DNA of 64,000 bases, from positions 22,407 to 86,406 of the forward strand of contig JAAWWE010000014.1 of NCBI GenBank assembly GCA_021404525.1, in the 5' to 3' direction. Of this stretch, positions 36,872 through 47,843 are shown piece after piece (within the stretch, counting starts at the first letter, position 1; every line of letters starts with the position of its first letter). The notes under the pieces were generated by a model that was not told where the DNA came from, searched no databases, and saw only the letters and a program-made list of their open reading frames with translations. Position numbers and translations under genes: made by a program. The stretch is from Rhodobiaceae bacterium. GTDB lineage: Bacteria; Pseudomonadota; Alphaproteobacteria; Parvibaculales; Parvibaculaceae.

Positions 36872-38200
36872 TCAACTGTGCGCCGCATCCTTTTCTGGCG
36901 CCAGCCACCGAGACAAATAGACCCTCTCGAACAGAAAGACTCCGATAATCGCGATGGCGGCATATGCTACAATTGATGGGTCGCTTTGCAGTTTCATGGT
37001 GGTAAAGGCGACCAGAACTATTGCATCGAAACTGAGCGCGGTTAGAATTACGACACTGGATGCACCGATCTCCTGCCTGCGGAATCGCCAAACCCCCCAA
37101 TGCACGACCATGTCCATGATCAGATAGAAAAATGCCCCCAGCGAGGCGATCCTGCTCAGGTCAAAAAAGACGGCGAGGAACGAGGCGATGACCACTGTGT
37201 AAACCAGCGTATGACGTTGGATCGGTCCCGACATGCCGAAGTGGCTGTGTGGAATCATTTCCATGTCAGTCAGCATGGCCAGCATGCGCGAAACTGCGAA
37301 AACGCTGGCCAGAACGGCTGAGGCCGTTGCCACGACCGCCAGCAGAACGGTCAGTAAAAAGCCGACTTGCCCAAGAGCCGGTTCCGCAGCCTCGGCAAGC
37401 GAGTAGTCCTTTGCAGCGATGATTTCGTCGATGCTCAGGCTCGACCCGACCCCGAAAGCGACCAGCAGGTAAACAAGCACGCACAGTGCAATTGAGATCA
37501 CGATGGCCCGTCCGACATTGCGATGCGGTTCAGTTATCTCAGCACCGCTGTTAGTGATTGTGGTAAACCCCTTGAAGGCAAGGATGGCCAGCGCGACAGA
37601 GGCGATAAAGCCGGTCGCGCCAAATGCACCTTCATCTTGGGATGAGACCGCAAACTCAAACCCGCTCGACCACAGAGCCGTGATCCCGAACAGTGCAATG
37701 CCTCCGATCTTTATCGCGGCCATGATCATTGAAAACAGCCCGATGGATCGGTTTCCGGCGATATTGACGAGGAACGCGAACAAGATCACGGTGACAGCGA
37801 GGATCGGAATGAGGGGGCCGCCATCAATGTCGAAGGGACGCAAGAGGTAGGTGGCGAAAGTCCGGGCAACCAGGCTTTCCGCAATGACCATGCTGAGCGC
37901 CATCAGAAGCGCGGCGCCAGCGGCAACCGCGCCGGGGCCATAGCATTTCTGCAGAATCATCCCGATGCCACCGGCCGAGGGCCAGGCGTTGGACATCTTG
38001 ATGTAGCTGTATGAACTGAACCCGGTAACGATCGCGCCAATGATGAAAGCGAGCGGAAAGAGCGGCCCCGCCAACTCGGCAATCTGTCCGGTAAGCGCGA
38101 ATATCCCCGCGCCGATCATCACTCCCGTGCCCATGGCGATGGCCCCGCCGAGCGTGATCGAATTTGCCTTGTAGCCGTCCTTGCTGTGGTTGTGATTCAT
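36872..38200 (-). CDS. APC-family amino acid permease
   Basis: GTGVMIGAGIFAL, PSAGG, LAFKGF; ~12 TMs. Confidence 0.88.
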   Translation of the reverse strand: MNHNHSKDGYKANSITLGGAIAMGTGVMIGAGIFALTGQIAELAGPLFPLAFIIGAIVTGFSSYSYIKMSNAWPSAGGIGMILQKCYGPGAVAAGAALLMALSMVIAESLVARTFATYLLRPFDIDGGPLIPILAVTVILFAFLVNIAGNRSIGLFSMIMAAIKIGGIALFGITALWSSGFEFAVSSQDEGAFGATGFIASVALAILAFKGFTTITNSGAEITEPHRNVGRAIVISIALCVLVYLLVAFGVGSSLSIDEIIAAKDYSLAEAAEPALGQVGFLLTVLLAVVATASAVLASVFAVSRMLAMLTDMEMIPHSHFGMSGPIQRHTLVYTVVIASFLAVFFDLSRIASLGAFFYLIMDMVVHWGVWRFRRQEIGASSVVILTALSFDAIVLVAFTTMKLQSDPSIVAYAAIAIIGVFLFERVYLSRWLAPEKDAAHS

Positions 38201-38484
38201 TCGTTATCTCGTCTTTCTTGGTTTTCAATTCCGGATTTGACATCCACTCATTGGTACTTTCGTTGTTCCGGGAAAACGGGTGCGGGTGGCGCTCAGTGTC
38301 CGTGTGTCGTTTAGGTGGCCAATGATGCATATCGTTCCACCCAACTGAACATTGGTTGAACAGCCCGTATGAACGAAATTCTGGTTTATTGGCGACGAAA
38401 GACTGGCTTGGTCACGGTCGTCTAACAGGTACGAAGCGGCCAGTTTGTCTGTGCGATCAATCTGGCCCCAAAATGTCGCCTCGA

Positions 38485-39132
38485 TCACGGCGTGGCAGCT
38501 TCGCGCAATCGCGGTACGAATGCAGGAACAGTCTCTGCATACCTGTCCCAGGTTTTGCCAAAACGGGCCCTGCTGTCAGCTTCCTCGCTTCGGGCCAAAC
38601 GCGCATACATCCATACCAGCACCGGAAACATTGCCAGCGTCAGCAGTGTCGGCCATTGGACTAGAAAGCCCGCCATAATTAGGACAAAGCCAACGTATTG
38701 TGGGTGCCGTATCCGGGCGTAGGGGCCCGTGACGGCCAACTGCCCGGCCCGTTGTGCAGACCAAAGGTGGTGCCAAGCCACCGAAATCAACCAGAAGCCT
38801 GCACCGATCAAGACGAAACTGATGAGATGGAATGGGCCGAAATGCGGGTTCGATTTCCAGCCAAACATCATCTCCGGTAGGTGCCCGCTGTCATGGGCGA
38901 ACCAGTCTATACCGGGCCAGTTGGACTGTAGCCACCCAGACAGGAAGAAAATGGTTAGCGGAAACCCGTACATCTCGACAAAAAGAGCCACAATAAAGGC
39001 GCTGAAGGCCCCGAAGCTTCGCCAGTCCCGCGACGTCTGTGGTTTGAAAAAGCTGAATGCGAAAAGTATGAAAACCGCTGAGTTGATGAATACAAGTAGC
39101 CATAGTCCGTAGGAAGCACCTAGGTCCGTCAT
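38485..39132 (-). CDS. Isoprenylcysteine carboxyl methyltransferase-family membrane protein
   Basis: EMYGFPLT, GPYARIRHPQYVG, EE...FG..WDRY...VPAF. Confidence 0.85.
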   Translation of the reverse strand: MTDLGASYGLWLLVFINSAVFILFAFSFFKPQTSRDWRSFGAFSAFIVALFVEMYGFPLTIFFLSGWLQSNWPGIDWFAHDSGHLPEMMFGWKSNPHFGPFHLISFVLIGAGFWLISVAWHHLWSAQRAGQLAVTGPYARIRHPQYVGFVLIMAGFLVQWPTLLTLAMFPVLVWMYARLARSEEADSRARFGKTWDRYAETVPAFVPRLREAATP

Positions 39133-39386
39133 TTCTCGTCCTCTCCTGACCCGTGACCCCCATGCCCACCATGCATGAAGAAGTGCATGCCAACACACAG
39201 CACTAGCGGAAGCCAAAGTAGCCAATTGCTGGCCAAGATATGCGCGCGATGTTCAAAACCTAGAAGCAAGCCGCCGAGCACAAGTGCAACGATCAAATAG
39301 ACCCCAGCACGAGATTTCCAGAAGGACGGTGGATGAGCATCTCCGCCAGTTACGTTCTGACGATCTTGTTCAGTATGGTCATGCAT
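39129..39386 (-). CDS. DUF2933-family small membrane protein
   Basis: EHRAH...LCVGMHFFMHGGHGGH. Confidence 0.85.
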   Translation of the reverse strand: MHDHTEQDRQNVTGGDAHPPSFWKSRAGVYLIVALVLGGLLLGFEHRAHILASNWLLWLPLVLCVGMHFFMHGGHGGHGSGEDEK

Positions 39387-39400
39387 TTTGTCGTTCCTTT

Positions 39401-41746
39401 TCAGATTTTAACGCCACGGAGGCGGAGTGAATTCAGCACTACCGAGATCGATGATGCGCTCATCGCGAAAGCAGCGAACATTGGGCTGATCAAGATACCA
39501 AAAAGCGGATACAAAAGTCCGGCTGCGACCGGCACACCACTCGCGTTGTAAATCAACGCAAAAAATAGGTTTTGGCGAATGTTTTGCATCGTTGCGCGCG
39601 CCAATCGGCGTGCTCGGACGATTCCGTCAAGGTTACCTTGCACCAAAGTTATACCGGCGCTTTCGATGGCTACGTCTGCGCCAGTTCCCATAGCAATGCC
39701 CACGTCTGCTTGTGCCAGTGCAGGAGCATCGTTGACACCATCGCCGGCCATAGCGACTTTCTTACCGTGCCACTGTAGATCCCTGATAATTGCAGCCTTG
39801 TCTTCCGGTAGAACATCAGCCCGAATCTCATCGATACCGAGTTTGGTTGCTACTGCTCTAGCGGTGCGCTCATTGTCGCCCGTGGCCATAATGATCCGAA
39901 AGCCCAATTTATGCAGAGCTTCGAGCGCAGCGGGCGTCGTTTCCTTGACCGGGTCGGACACGGCCACAAGCCCGGCAAGCGCGTTGTCCACCACTACAAA
40001 CATCACTGTTTCACCGTCGTCTCTTCGGGAATTGGCCATCTCGATCAGATCGCCGGCATCAAGCCCGAGGTCTTTGACCAGTCTGTGATTACCGAGGGCG
40101 ACCGTGTAACCGTCAACCACGCCCGTTACGCCCTTACCGGTGATAGCTTGGAAATCGCTGGCTTTGGCCAAAGCTACCCCGCGTTCTTCGGCTCCGGCCA
40201 CGATGGCTTCTGCCAAAGGATGCTCGGATCCTTTTTCTAGGGTCGCAGCGAGGCGTAGTACCTCTTCTTCCTGATGGCCCGCCTCAGGTAAAACTGCAAC
40301 GAGGCGCGGTTGGCCCATCGTGAGTGTACCTGTCTTGTCCACGATCAGAGTGTCGACCTTTTCAAACCGCTCCAATGCTTCCGCGTTCTTGATCAATACG
40401 CCCGCTTGCGCACCACGGCCGGTGGCTGTCATAATTGACATTGGGGTCGCCAGACCCAATGCACACGGACATGCGATTATCAAAACCGCAACGGCTGCGA
40501 CCAAGGCATAAGACAGGGCGGGAGCGGGTCCCCATATGGCCCAACCGACGTAGGCCAAGGCTGCAATCACAATAACAGCCGGCACAAACAATCCTGCAAC
40601 TTGATCCGCGTATTTCTGGATTGGTGCACGTGATCTCTGAGCGTTTGAGACCATTTCCACAATTTGTGACAGCACGGTGTCTGACCCGACGCGCGTAGCT
40701 TCAATAACCAGAGATCCGGTCCCATTTATGGTTGCTCCGGTGACTGTGTCGCCCACAACCTTTTCGACGGGGATTGGCTCTCCCGATATCATGCTTTCAT
40801 CTATGGACGAATGCCCTTCCGCCACGACACCGTCGACGGGCACTTTGTCACCGGGTCGGACCCTAACCTTGTCGCCTACCTTTACATCATCCAGAGGCAC
40901 CTCCTCCTCGCTGCCATCTGCGTTAAGGATGCGAGCGGTCTTGGCGGCCATATCGAGGAGTGCCCGTATCGCTTTGCCGGTGCCCTCTCTCGCGCGCAAC
41001 TCCATAACCTGACCTAACAAAACGAGTGTTACAATTACTGCTGCCGCCTCGAAATAGACACCAACGTGGCCTTCGCTATCGCGGAAACCATTAGGGAAAA
41101 CTTCCGGCATAAGAACGGCCACCACGCTGAACGCCCATGCGGCCGAAACCCCCATGGAGATTAGGGAAAACATGTTTAGATTCAAAGTTTTAAACGAGTT
41201 CCAACCCCGTACCATGAACGGCCAGCCGCACCACCATACAACTGGGGTACCCAACACCAATTCAATCCAAAGCGTCGTTCGCTCACCGAATATCTCGCGT
41301 ACTTCAGGGAAACCAACATATGGTCCCATGGTGAAAACGAGCAACGGCAGCGTTAGAACGGCACCTACCCAGAAGCGCCTGGTAAAATCGACGAGCTCGG
41401 GGTTTGGGCCATCTTCCTCCATAGCCGCGTTTTCCAGTTCCAAACCCATACCGCATATCGGGCATGAACCGGGATGTGCCTGGCGCACTTGCGCATGCAT
41501 TGGGCAGGTGTAAACGACGCCGTCGTACTCCAGTGGCACCGTATCGTAGTCAGCACCTAGTATGTCATTAGCGCCAGAGTGATGGTGCGCGCTTTGCCCG
41601 TGTTCTTCAATCTCCGCTTCGGGCACTAGATGCATACCGCATTTTGGGCAGTCGCCAGGTTCTTTCTGACGTACTTCGAGGTGCATCGGGCAGACAAAGC
41701 TTCTTTCTTCCATCGCGGCGTGTGCGGTTTCTCGGTGTGTATTCAT
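39401..41746 (-). CDS. copA: Copper-translocating P1B-type ATPase (SilP/CopA-like)
   Basis: Two CPMH...CPxCGM domains, [23 protein letters not shown] and MSASS. Confidence 0.93.
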   Translation of the reverse strand: MNTHRETAHAAMEERSFVCPMHLEVRQKEPGDCPKCGMHLVPEAEIEEHGQSAHHHSGANDILGADYDTVPLEYDGVVYTCPMHAQVRQAHPGSCPICGMGLELENAAMEEDGPNPELVDFTRRFWVGAVLTLPLLVFTMGPYVGFPEVREIFGERTTLWIELVLGTPVVWWCGWPFMVRGWNSFKTLNLNMFSLISMGVSAAWAFSVVAVLMPEVFPNGFRDSEGHVGVYFEAAAVIVTLVLLGQVMELRAREGTGKAIRALLDMAAKTARILNADGSEEEVPLDDVKVGDKVRVRPGDKVPVDGVVAEGHSSIDESMISGEPIPVEKVVGDTVTGATINGTGSLVIEATRVGSDTVLSQIVEMVSNAQRSRAPIQKYADQVAGLFVPAVIVIAALAYVGWAIWGPAPALSYALVAAVAVLIIACPCALGLATPMSIMTATGRGAQAGVLIKNAEALERFEKVDTLIVDKTGTLTMGQPRLVAVLPEAGHQEEEVLRLAATLEKGSEHPLAEAIVAGAEERGVALAKASDFQAITGKGVTGVVDGYTVALGNHRLVKDLGLDAGDLIEMANSRRDDGETVMFVVVDNALAGLVAVSDPVKETTPAALEALHKLGFRIIMATGDNERTARAVATKLGIDEIRADVLPEDKAAIIRDLQWHGKKVAMAGDGVNDAPALAQADVGIAMGTGADVAIESAGITLVQGNLDGIVRARRLARATMQNIRQNLFFALIYNASGVPVAAGLLYPLFGILISPMFAAFAMSASSISVVLNSLRLRGVKI

Positions 41747-41904
41747 TGTCGAGCATCCATTTGTTTTTTTTGAAAGAGGTAATCAGTACCGCTTGGCAAA
41801 TTTTGCGCTTTGGAGTGCCCAAGCCGGTCAATCACTTCGCCAACTTCCATCATTGGAAGTTGGCGCTCTTTCCTGTTTGCCTCGCAGAAAGACTATGCTT
41901 TGGC

Positions 41905-42441
41905 TCAATTGTTCTGAGGTTCTTGTCCGTGCTGCCTTGGAACTGCGCTTGGCATCCTCATCCGCTCGATTGGAGCGGTAATTTCAGTTTCGGTAATGGC
42001 GCCATCGCCGTCCGCGTCAAGATGCTGAAACCTGTCAACCGTCGTCTCACGGATCATCGCGGCATGAAGTGCCTCAAATTCAACGAGTGAAAGTACACCA
42101 TCTTTATTCACATCAAATTCGTTCAGTTTGGCACGCATCTCTTCTCTGCCTGTTTCCGGAGATGACATGCCCCTCGTGCCAGGCCCCATCATAAACTTCA
42201 TAATAGATCGATCCATATCCATCGCGTTTCCTTGAGCATGGCCGCCCATCATTGCGTTGTGCATTCGCGTCATCATACCCATCATGTTCTGCATCATGCC
42301 AACTTGGCCACTGGCGTGCTCAGGCGCATCGTTTTTGGCAGCCCCACCGCTGTTATGGTCGTGTTGGCCCTCGGCCGATAGCAGTCCTGGCGTTGCGAGC
42401 GACATGGCAAGTGCGGTGGCGATCGTGGTCATTTTTGTCAT
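41905..42441 (-). CDS. Exported Met-rich EF-hand protein
   Basis: Signal peptide, Met-rich segment, DVNKDGVLSLVEF and DADGDGAITETE. Confidence 0.8.
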   Translation of the reverse strand: MTKMTTIATALAMSLATPGLLSAEGQHDHNSGGAAKNDAPEHASGQVGMMQNMMGMMTRMHNAMMGGHAQGNAMDMDRSIMKFMMGPGTRGMSSPETGREEMRAKLNEFDVNKDGVLSLVEFEALHAAMIRETTVDRFQHLDADGDGAITETEITAPIERMRMPSAVPRQHGQEPQNN

Positions 42442-42810
42442 CGGATATCTCCTACTGTTTCAGTCGGTCGCGAAGAGAGTGAGAATTCATCGCAAGCCCA
42501 CCGTCTTAGAGTGTGTGCGACCGTCGTCACTTTCTCGGTTTTCAGTGCCCGAACTGTTTCCGCGTGACCTGACGATCTCGCTTTGCATGCTGGTGTTCTT
42601 GCGGCAACAGCACCCGGCAGTCTGGCCAGGTTTCGGGGTGTTTGAGTCGGTGTATGCCGTTTCTTCTGTTTTCATCACGGAAATCCTGCTAGGTTGCTTC
42701 ACTCCTGTAGACGCCTCAACCGCAGCATCGTTACCAAGATTGCACCCTGGACGTGTCGCGGTTTGATGCCGCTCCTTTGATAGCATTTACTGCAGCAAAG
42801 GAGACGAACT

Positions 42811-43086
42811 ATGGGACTGAAACGGACAGACGAATTCCGTGCTGACGCGGTGCGGATCGCACTGACAAGTGGGCTGAAGCGCAAACAAGTGGCCTCAGAT
42901 TTGGGTGTTGGCTTGTCAACGCTGAACAAATGGGTGACGGCGCACCGGGACACCGAGGTGGTGTCAGACAAGGATCTGGACCTTGCCCGTGAGAATGAAC
43001 GACTTCGACGGGAGAACCGCATTCTCAAGGAGGAGAGGGAGATTCTAAAAAAGGCAACGCAGTTCTTCGCGGGCCAAAAGCCATGA
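42811..43086 (+). CDS. IS3 OrfA
   Basis: EFRADAV...VASDLGVGLSTLNKW HTH, coiled coil, ILKKATQFF. Confidence 0.88.
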   Translation: MGLKRTDEFRADAVRIALTSGLKRKQVASDLGVGLSTLNKWVTAHRDTEVVSDKDLDLARENERLRRENRILKEEREILKKATQFFAGQKP

Positions 43087-43940
43087 GGTTCAGGTTCATC
43101 GAAGAACACCATGATGCCTTTTGTGCGCAGCGTATGTGCGATGTCCTGGGTGTCAGCTCCCGTGGCCTGCGGGCCTATCGCTGCCGACCTGCCAGCCAAA
43201 GGCAACGAACAGACATGATTGTTCTGGCCCATATCAAAGAACAGTCTCGTCTCAGCTTGGGCAGCTACGGTCGTCCGAGAATGACGGAAGAGCTGAAAGA
43301 ACTCGGCTTGGACACTGGCCACCGCCGGGTCGGTAGGCTCATGCGTGAGAACGGCATTCGGGTTGAAAGGTCAAAGAAATTCAAGGTCACGACCGACAGC
43401 AACCACGCTTTCAACATCGCACCGAACCTGCTGAACAGGGACTTCCGCGCCGATCAGCCGAACCAGAAATGGGCGGGAGACATCAGTTATGTGTGGACCC
43501 GTGAAGGTTGGCTCTACGTGGCTGTGATCCTTGATCTGCATTCCCGGCGTGTCATTGGTTGGGCGGTGAGCAACCGCATAAAGCGTGATCTCGCAATCCG
43601 TGCGTTGAAGATGGCCATCGCACTGCGGCAACCGCCCAAGGGATGCATCCATCACACGGATCGTGGTTCGCAATACTGTTCACATGACTAACAGAAAATC
43701 CTGCGCCAGCACGGGTTCAAAGTGTCGATGTCAGGAAAAGGCAATTGCTATGACAACTCGGCCGTCGAGACGTTCTTTAAAACGATCAAGGCAGAACTGA
43801 TCTGGCGCAGGTCGTGGCAAACCAGGCGGCAGGCAGAAGCGGCCATCTTCCAGTACATTAATGGCTTCTACAATCCACGACGCCGGCACTCAGCATTGGG
43901 CTGGAAAAGCCCGGTCGCATTCGAACGGAAAGTAGCCTAA
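43083..43940 (+). pseudogene. IS3 OrfB DDE transposase with in-frame stop
   Basis: WAGDISY, HTDRGSQY, then TAA at 43689-43691; frame resumes with GNCYDNSAVETFF...YNPRRRHSALG. Confidence 0.85.
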
Positions 43941-44039
43941 TCGAGCACATGGGGCGGAACTAAAGCGTGACACGTCCACCCCTTGGGGATTATCGAAGAA
44001 AACTAGAAGTTTTCACCGCTCCTGAAGAGCGTGAGCTAC

Positions 44040-44411
44040 TCAGGTCCACCCTTCTCTCGGCGGACGAAAAAGGCCAAAAATCGGCGTTTTTGGAGTTGCA
44101 TAGCGGTCTTTGCGAAGCCTAATGCCTTCGCGGCTCAAAAGAAAGACTGGGTCACTGTAGGCTGTCGTGATTGCCATGTAGCAACCCGCCCCGACCGAGC
44201 AATGCGTCTGATCGGCAGATGCGAAGTTGAAGGAGGAATGCTCAAAATCATCAAGTAGGTGTGTCTCGATGTTAGGCTTTTGCGTGTGCCGATCACCAAC
44301 CGCCTCGACATGTCCGACACCGCTGAGCAGCATGGCGAAGATAAGCAGTCCAACCGTCAAGAATAGTATGCCATCACTTCGCAGCCATGGGTTTCCAGAT
44401 GGGTTCAACAC
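44040..44411 (-). CDS. Small exported Cys-pair protein ending LFRPPREGWT (DUF2946/CutF-like candidate leader)
   Basis: RBS GAGGAGG before GTG 44411; hydrophobic signal; HCSVGAGC; C-terminal RPPR. Confidence 0.6.
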   Translation of the reverse strand: MLNPSGNPWLRSDGILFLTVGLLIFAMLLSGVGHVEAVGDRHTQKPNIETHLLDDFEHSSFNFASADQTHCSVGAGCYMAITTAYSDPVFLLSREGIRLRKDRYATPKTPIFGLFRPPREGWT

Positions 44412-44466
44412 ACCGACCTCCTCAGAAAGACAGTTTGACATTTCGTATGCGTCCGGTCTGACCGCC

Positions 44467-45966
44467 CTACGGTGTGATTTTCCAAGGCAGAAGATCGTCG
44501 ACACGGTTGATCTTGTAATCCGGGATGCGGGCGAGTGTGTCAGCCAGCGATGCCTGCGGATCGACGCCATTCAGTTTTGCTGTTTCAATCAAGGTATAAG
44601 CGATTGCAGCGGCGCGGCCGCCGGTCTGTGATCCGACGAACAGGTAGTTTTTGCGCCCGATTGCGACGGATCGCATCGCGCGTTCGGCGGTGTTGTTGTC
44701 CAATTCCAGGATGCCGTGGTCGAGGTATGGCCTGAGCCGCGCCATGCGCGTCAGAGCATAGCGGATCGCTCCCGCCAGCGGCGATTTCCCCGAGATACTG
44801 GGCAGTTGGGTATGCAGCCATGTTTCCAGATCATCGAAGATCGGCCTTGCCTGTGCTTGCCTGATCTCGACCCGTCTTTCGGGAGGTGATCCACGGGCCT
44901 CTTTCTCGACCGCATAAAGCTGTGCGATGCGTTTGATGGCCTCTTTGGCGATGGCAGAACCTTGAGCGCGGTGAACATCCACAAATTTGCGCCTGACATG
45001 GGCCATGCAGGCCACCTCGCAGATATCGCCGGAGCGATAGAGGTCTTCAAACCCGGCATATCCATCCACATGCATCCAGCCTTGATACTTTGCCAGATGA
45101 TCCTTGGGGTGCTGCCCTTTGCGGTCTGGCGAGAACCGATACCAACTGGCGGGTGGGACATCACTGCCCCAGGGTCGTTCGTCGCGCCCGTAGGCCCAAA
45201 GGCGTGCTGTCGCTGTCTTACCGGTCCCTGGGGCCAGCATCTTGACTGGTGTGTCGTCGGCAAAGATGGCTGGCCCGGCCAGAACATGCCGCCCAATGGC
45301 ATCCGCCAGTGGTTCCAACAACGCCGTGGATTTGCCAACCCAGTCGGCCAGCGTTGAACGGTCAATGTCGATCCCTTCGCGTTCGAAGATGCCGCTTTGG
45401 CGATACAGCGGAAGGTGATCCGCATATTTGTTGACCAATACGTGCGCCAGCAGGCCGGTACCTGGACGGCCGCGCTCGATTGGGCGTGATGGTAAAGCGG
45501 CTTGTGTGAAGGCTTCGCAGCCTGAGCAGGCGAAGCGCGGTCGCACGATGCGGTTCACGATGAACCGGCCTGGAACGTATTCCAGCTCTTCAGTCACATC
45601 CTCGCCCAGGCGGCGCAGTCCACCACCGCACTGGGGGCAATCATCGTTGCCAGTCGTCAGCTCCACTTCCATGCGTGGGATGTGATCCGGGATCGGTCGT
45701 CGCTTCGGTTTATCCTTCGGCTCCTCATCAGGGAGGCGCAGCTTTGCTGTCATCTTGGCGACAGCGATCTCGCTCGTTTCCAGCGCCAATTGAAGCTGAT
45801 CAATGCTCTCAGATGATGCACCAAACCGGTGATTGCGATGGCCCGCCAGTTGATGGCGTAACTTCTCTATCAGGACGGCCTGCGACTTCACCTCGGCCAG
45901 CAAAAGCGCCGTGAACTGTCGCAGTTCATCAGGGTCGTTTGGCAGAGATTTGTCGATGTCCAGCAT
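44467..45966 (-). CDS. tnpC: IS66 transposase TnpC
   Basis: FGASSE, CPQCGG, KYADHLPLYRQ, ADDTP, CMAHVRRKF, DNNTAERAMR. Confidence 0.93.
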   Translation of the reverse strand: MLDIDKSLPNDPDELRQFTALLLAEVKSQAVLIEKLRHQLAGHRNHRFGASSESIDQLQLALETSEIAVAKMTAKLRLPDEEPKDKPKRRPIPDHIPRMEVELTTGNDDCPQCGGGLRRLGEDVTEELEYVPGRFIVNRIVRPRFACSGCEAFTQAALPSRPIERGRPGTGLLAHVLVNKYADHLPLYRQSGIFEREGIDIDRSTLADWVGKSTALLEPLADAIGRHVLAGPAIFADDTPVKMLAPGTGKTATARLWAYGRDERPWGSDVPPASWYRFSPDRKGQHPKDHLAKYQGWMHVDGYAGFEDLYRSGDICEVACMAHVRRKFVDVHRAQGSAIAKEAIKRIAQLYAVEKEARGSPPERRVEIRQAQARPIFDDLETWLHTQLPSISGKSPLAGAIRYALTRMARLRPYLDHGILELDNNTAERAMRSVAIGRKNYLFVGSQTGGRAAAIAYTLIETAKLNGVDPQASLADTLARIPDYKINRVDDLLPWKITP

Positions 45967-46015
45967 GGCCAGACCATAGCAAAACAACGGGCTGGCGGGA
46001 ATCCCACACGTGCAT

Positions 46016-46363
46016 TTATCCCGCCTTGAGCGGTGTCCAACTGCGCTGCGGCACACGCCAATCGATCCCTTCCAATAACATCGCCAACTGGGCTGCGGTT
46101 AGGGCGATCTTGCCCTCTTTGGCCGACGGCCACACGAACCGGCCCTTCTCAAGCCGCTTGCTGAACAGGCACGCGCCCTGACCATCCCACCAGATGATCT
46201 TGATCAGATCACCGCGCCGACCACGAAAGACAAACAGATGGCCCGTGAACGGATCCTGCTTCAGCGTTTGTTCGGCCTGCGCCGCAAGCGTCGTGAACCC
46301 GCGCCGCATGTCGGTCACACCGGCAGACAGCCAGACCCGCGTGTTCGCGGGAACAGGGATCAT
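46016..46363 (-). CDS. tnpB: IS66 accessory TnpB
   Basis: [32 protein letters not shown]. Confidence 0.93.
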   Translation of the reverse strand: MIPVPANTRVWLSAGVTDMRRGFTTLAAQAEQTLKQDPFTGHLFVFRGRRGDLIKIIWWDGQGACLFSKRLEKGRFVWPSAKEGKIALTAAQLAMLLEGIDWRVPQRSWTPLKAG

Positions 46364-46752
46364 GTAGAAAGACCACGGATCAGCCGTGCCAATGCTTCGG
46401 GATCGTATCCACCGACAATCCGCAGTTGATGACCTCCCGCAATGTCGATCTCAATCACGCTGTGGCCGGATGAGGCATTAGCTGCACGCGCGTGGCCCAG
46501 TTCTGCAGTGGCAGGCCGGTCAACAACCTCCACAGGCAAAAAGCACGGCGTCTCAGCAACTTCACCTTCGATGATGTCCGGATCAGGCGCAAACTTGGGA
46601 TCACGTAGCCATTTGTGGATCAGGTTGGTGTTCAGCGCGTACCGCCGCGCGACCTGCGCTACCGACACCCCCGGCGCGCATGTTTGCGCACAGATCGACA
46701 CCTTCTCCTCATCCGACCAGAACCGCTTCTTCTGACCCTTTTTACCCGCCAT
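46360..46752 (-). CDS. tnpA: IS66 TnpA (HTH)
   Basis: WSDEEK...[12 protein letters not shown]...IHKW. Confidence 0.9.
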   Translation of the reverse strand: MAGKKGQKKRFWSDEEKVSICAQTCAPGVSVAQVARRYALNTNLIHKWLRDPKFAPDPDIIEGEVAETPCFLPVEVVDRPATAELGHARAANASSGHSVIEIDIAGGHQLRIVGGYDPEALARLIRGLST

Positions 46753-46860
46753 ATCCGTCCTCAAGATGTCCACTATCAATGGTGGACACTATCAACACAC
46801 TCTATGAACCGTCAGAGCAGCGAGGCCGGACGCTTACGACATTTCTGAGGATTAGAATTG

Positions 46861-46874
46861 TTGATCTAGATCAA
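46861..46874. promoter_or_regulatory. FNR/FnrL/FixK box
   Basis: Perfect TTGAT-CTAG-ATCAA consensus in an intergenic region. Confidence 0.75.
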
Positions 46875-47150
46875 TTGCCATCTCTTCTGGCCGGGTAAGT
46901 TACGGTTTCTGGGTGAGGCCGTGCCGTTAGGTATTTCATGTCTTCATTTGGAGTGCGACTATGGTTTCCCGGCTTGCTATTCCTGAGTGTCTTAGGGTGG
47001 TCGACTATCAGTTCTCCAACCAATGAAACCGTCCATGATGACATGCGAGTTCATTGTGAAATCGGTCAAGGTCGCGGTGCATATGAGACGGCATTCCTGT
47101 ATTCAAAAGTGGCAAGCTTCCAGTTTTAATCTTGCACAAGCGGACGAAAG

Positions 47151-47843
47151 CTAAATCCCATATACCCATGGTGGTACTTTATCCATGTAGACTTGGACCG
47201 AGCGCACGCCATCGACGTTTTCAGCAGCTACTCTTATCGCCTGCTTGACGGCCTCGCCTTCCGCGGTGCCCCAGATAGTGACACTTCCGTTCTCTACTTG
47301 TAGGCTAACGGAGCTTACCGACCCTCCTGGTGCTGTTGAAATGGCGTTCAATACCTGCCGACGCAGGGTTTCGTCTTCCAGTTTTGGTACAGGAAGCCTT
47401 CCGTTTCTAGACAACGCAAGGGCTTGTATAAGGTCCGCCCTTGATACAACACCAACAGCGATGCCATCCTTTGTTACAGGCACACGCTTTATGCGGTTCT
47501 GTTCGAGGGTTAGAGCGATGTCCTCTACTTTCGTATCTTCATCGACCGTGATCACATTGCGGGTCATCACATCCGCTACAAGCTCACTGCGTGCCTTCAT
47601 ATAGTCCAATGCGGCCCCTTCGCTGGATAGTAGCTCCAACCACCAAGAGCGGCGCTGCGCTTGCCCATCGCGCATTCGCCGCATCAAGTCGCCTTCGCTT
47701 ATGAGACCCAAAAGCCTTTTGTCATCATCCAGAACAGGAATCGCGCTGATACGGTTGTCCAACATCAACTCCACGGCTTGATCGATGCTTCCTTCTTCGG
47801 AAACTGAGACAATATTGGTTGTCATAATATCCTTTGCTCTCAT
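47151..47843 (-). CDS. CBS-pair + BON domain protein
   Basis: AKDIMT, GLISEGDL, VADVMT, IKRVPV, C-terminal BON (VENGSVTIWG...AENVDGV). Confidence 0.9.
   Translation of the reverse strand: MRAKDIMTTNIVSVSEEGSIDQAVELMLDNRISAIPVLDDDKRLLGLISEGDLMRRMRDGQAQRRSWWLELLSSEGAALDYMKARSELVADVMTRNVITVDEDTKVEDIALTLEQNRIKRVPVTKDGIAVGVVSRADLIQALALSRNGRLPVPKLEDETLRRQVLNAISTAPGGSVSSVSLQVENGSVTIWGTAEGEAVKQAIRVAAENVDGVRSVQVYMDKVPPWVYGI

Larger units (their letters stand above)
42748..43978 (+). mobile_element. IS3-family insertion sequence (transposase inactivated)
   Basis: IRL TGGACGTGTCGCGGTTT and IRR (rc) TGGACGTGTCACGCTTT; 3-bp CCC target duplication; orfA/orfB with A6G frameshift site at 43047-43053. Confidence 0.92.
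44445..46837 (-). mobile_element. IS66-family insertion sequence
   Basis: Ends GTATGCGTCCGG and (rc) GTAAGCGTCCGG; 8-bp target duplication GACATTTC (44437-44444 and 46838-46845); tnpA-tnpB-tnpC. Confidence 0.95.

Noticed and set aside
38225-38488. ORF overlapping the methyltransferase-family gene stop
   Set aside because: The ATGA overlap suggests a truncated remnant, but no recognisable family; not called.
42487-42786. Gene disrupted by IS3
   Set aside because: Joining the flanks did not give a convincing ORF; the listed start lies inside the IS.
46016-46363. TnpB as an RNA-guided nuclease
   Set aside because: This is the short IS66 accessory TnpB, unrelated to IS200/IS605 TnpB; no RuvC motifs.
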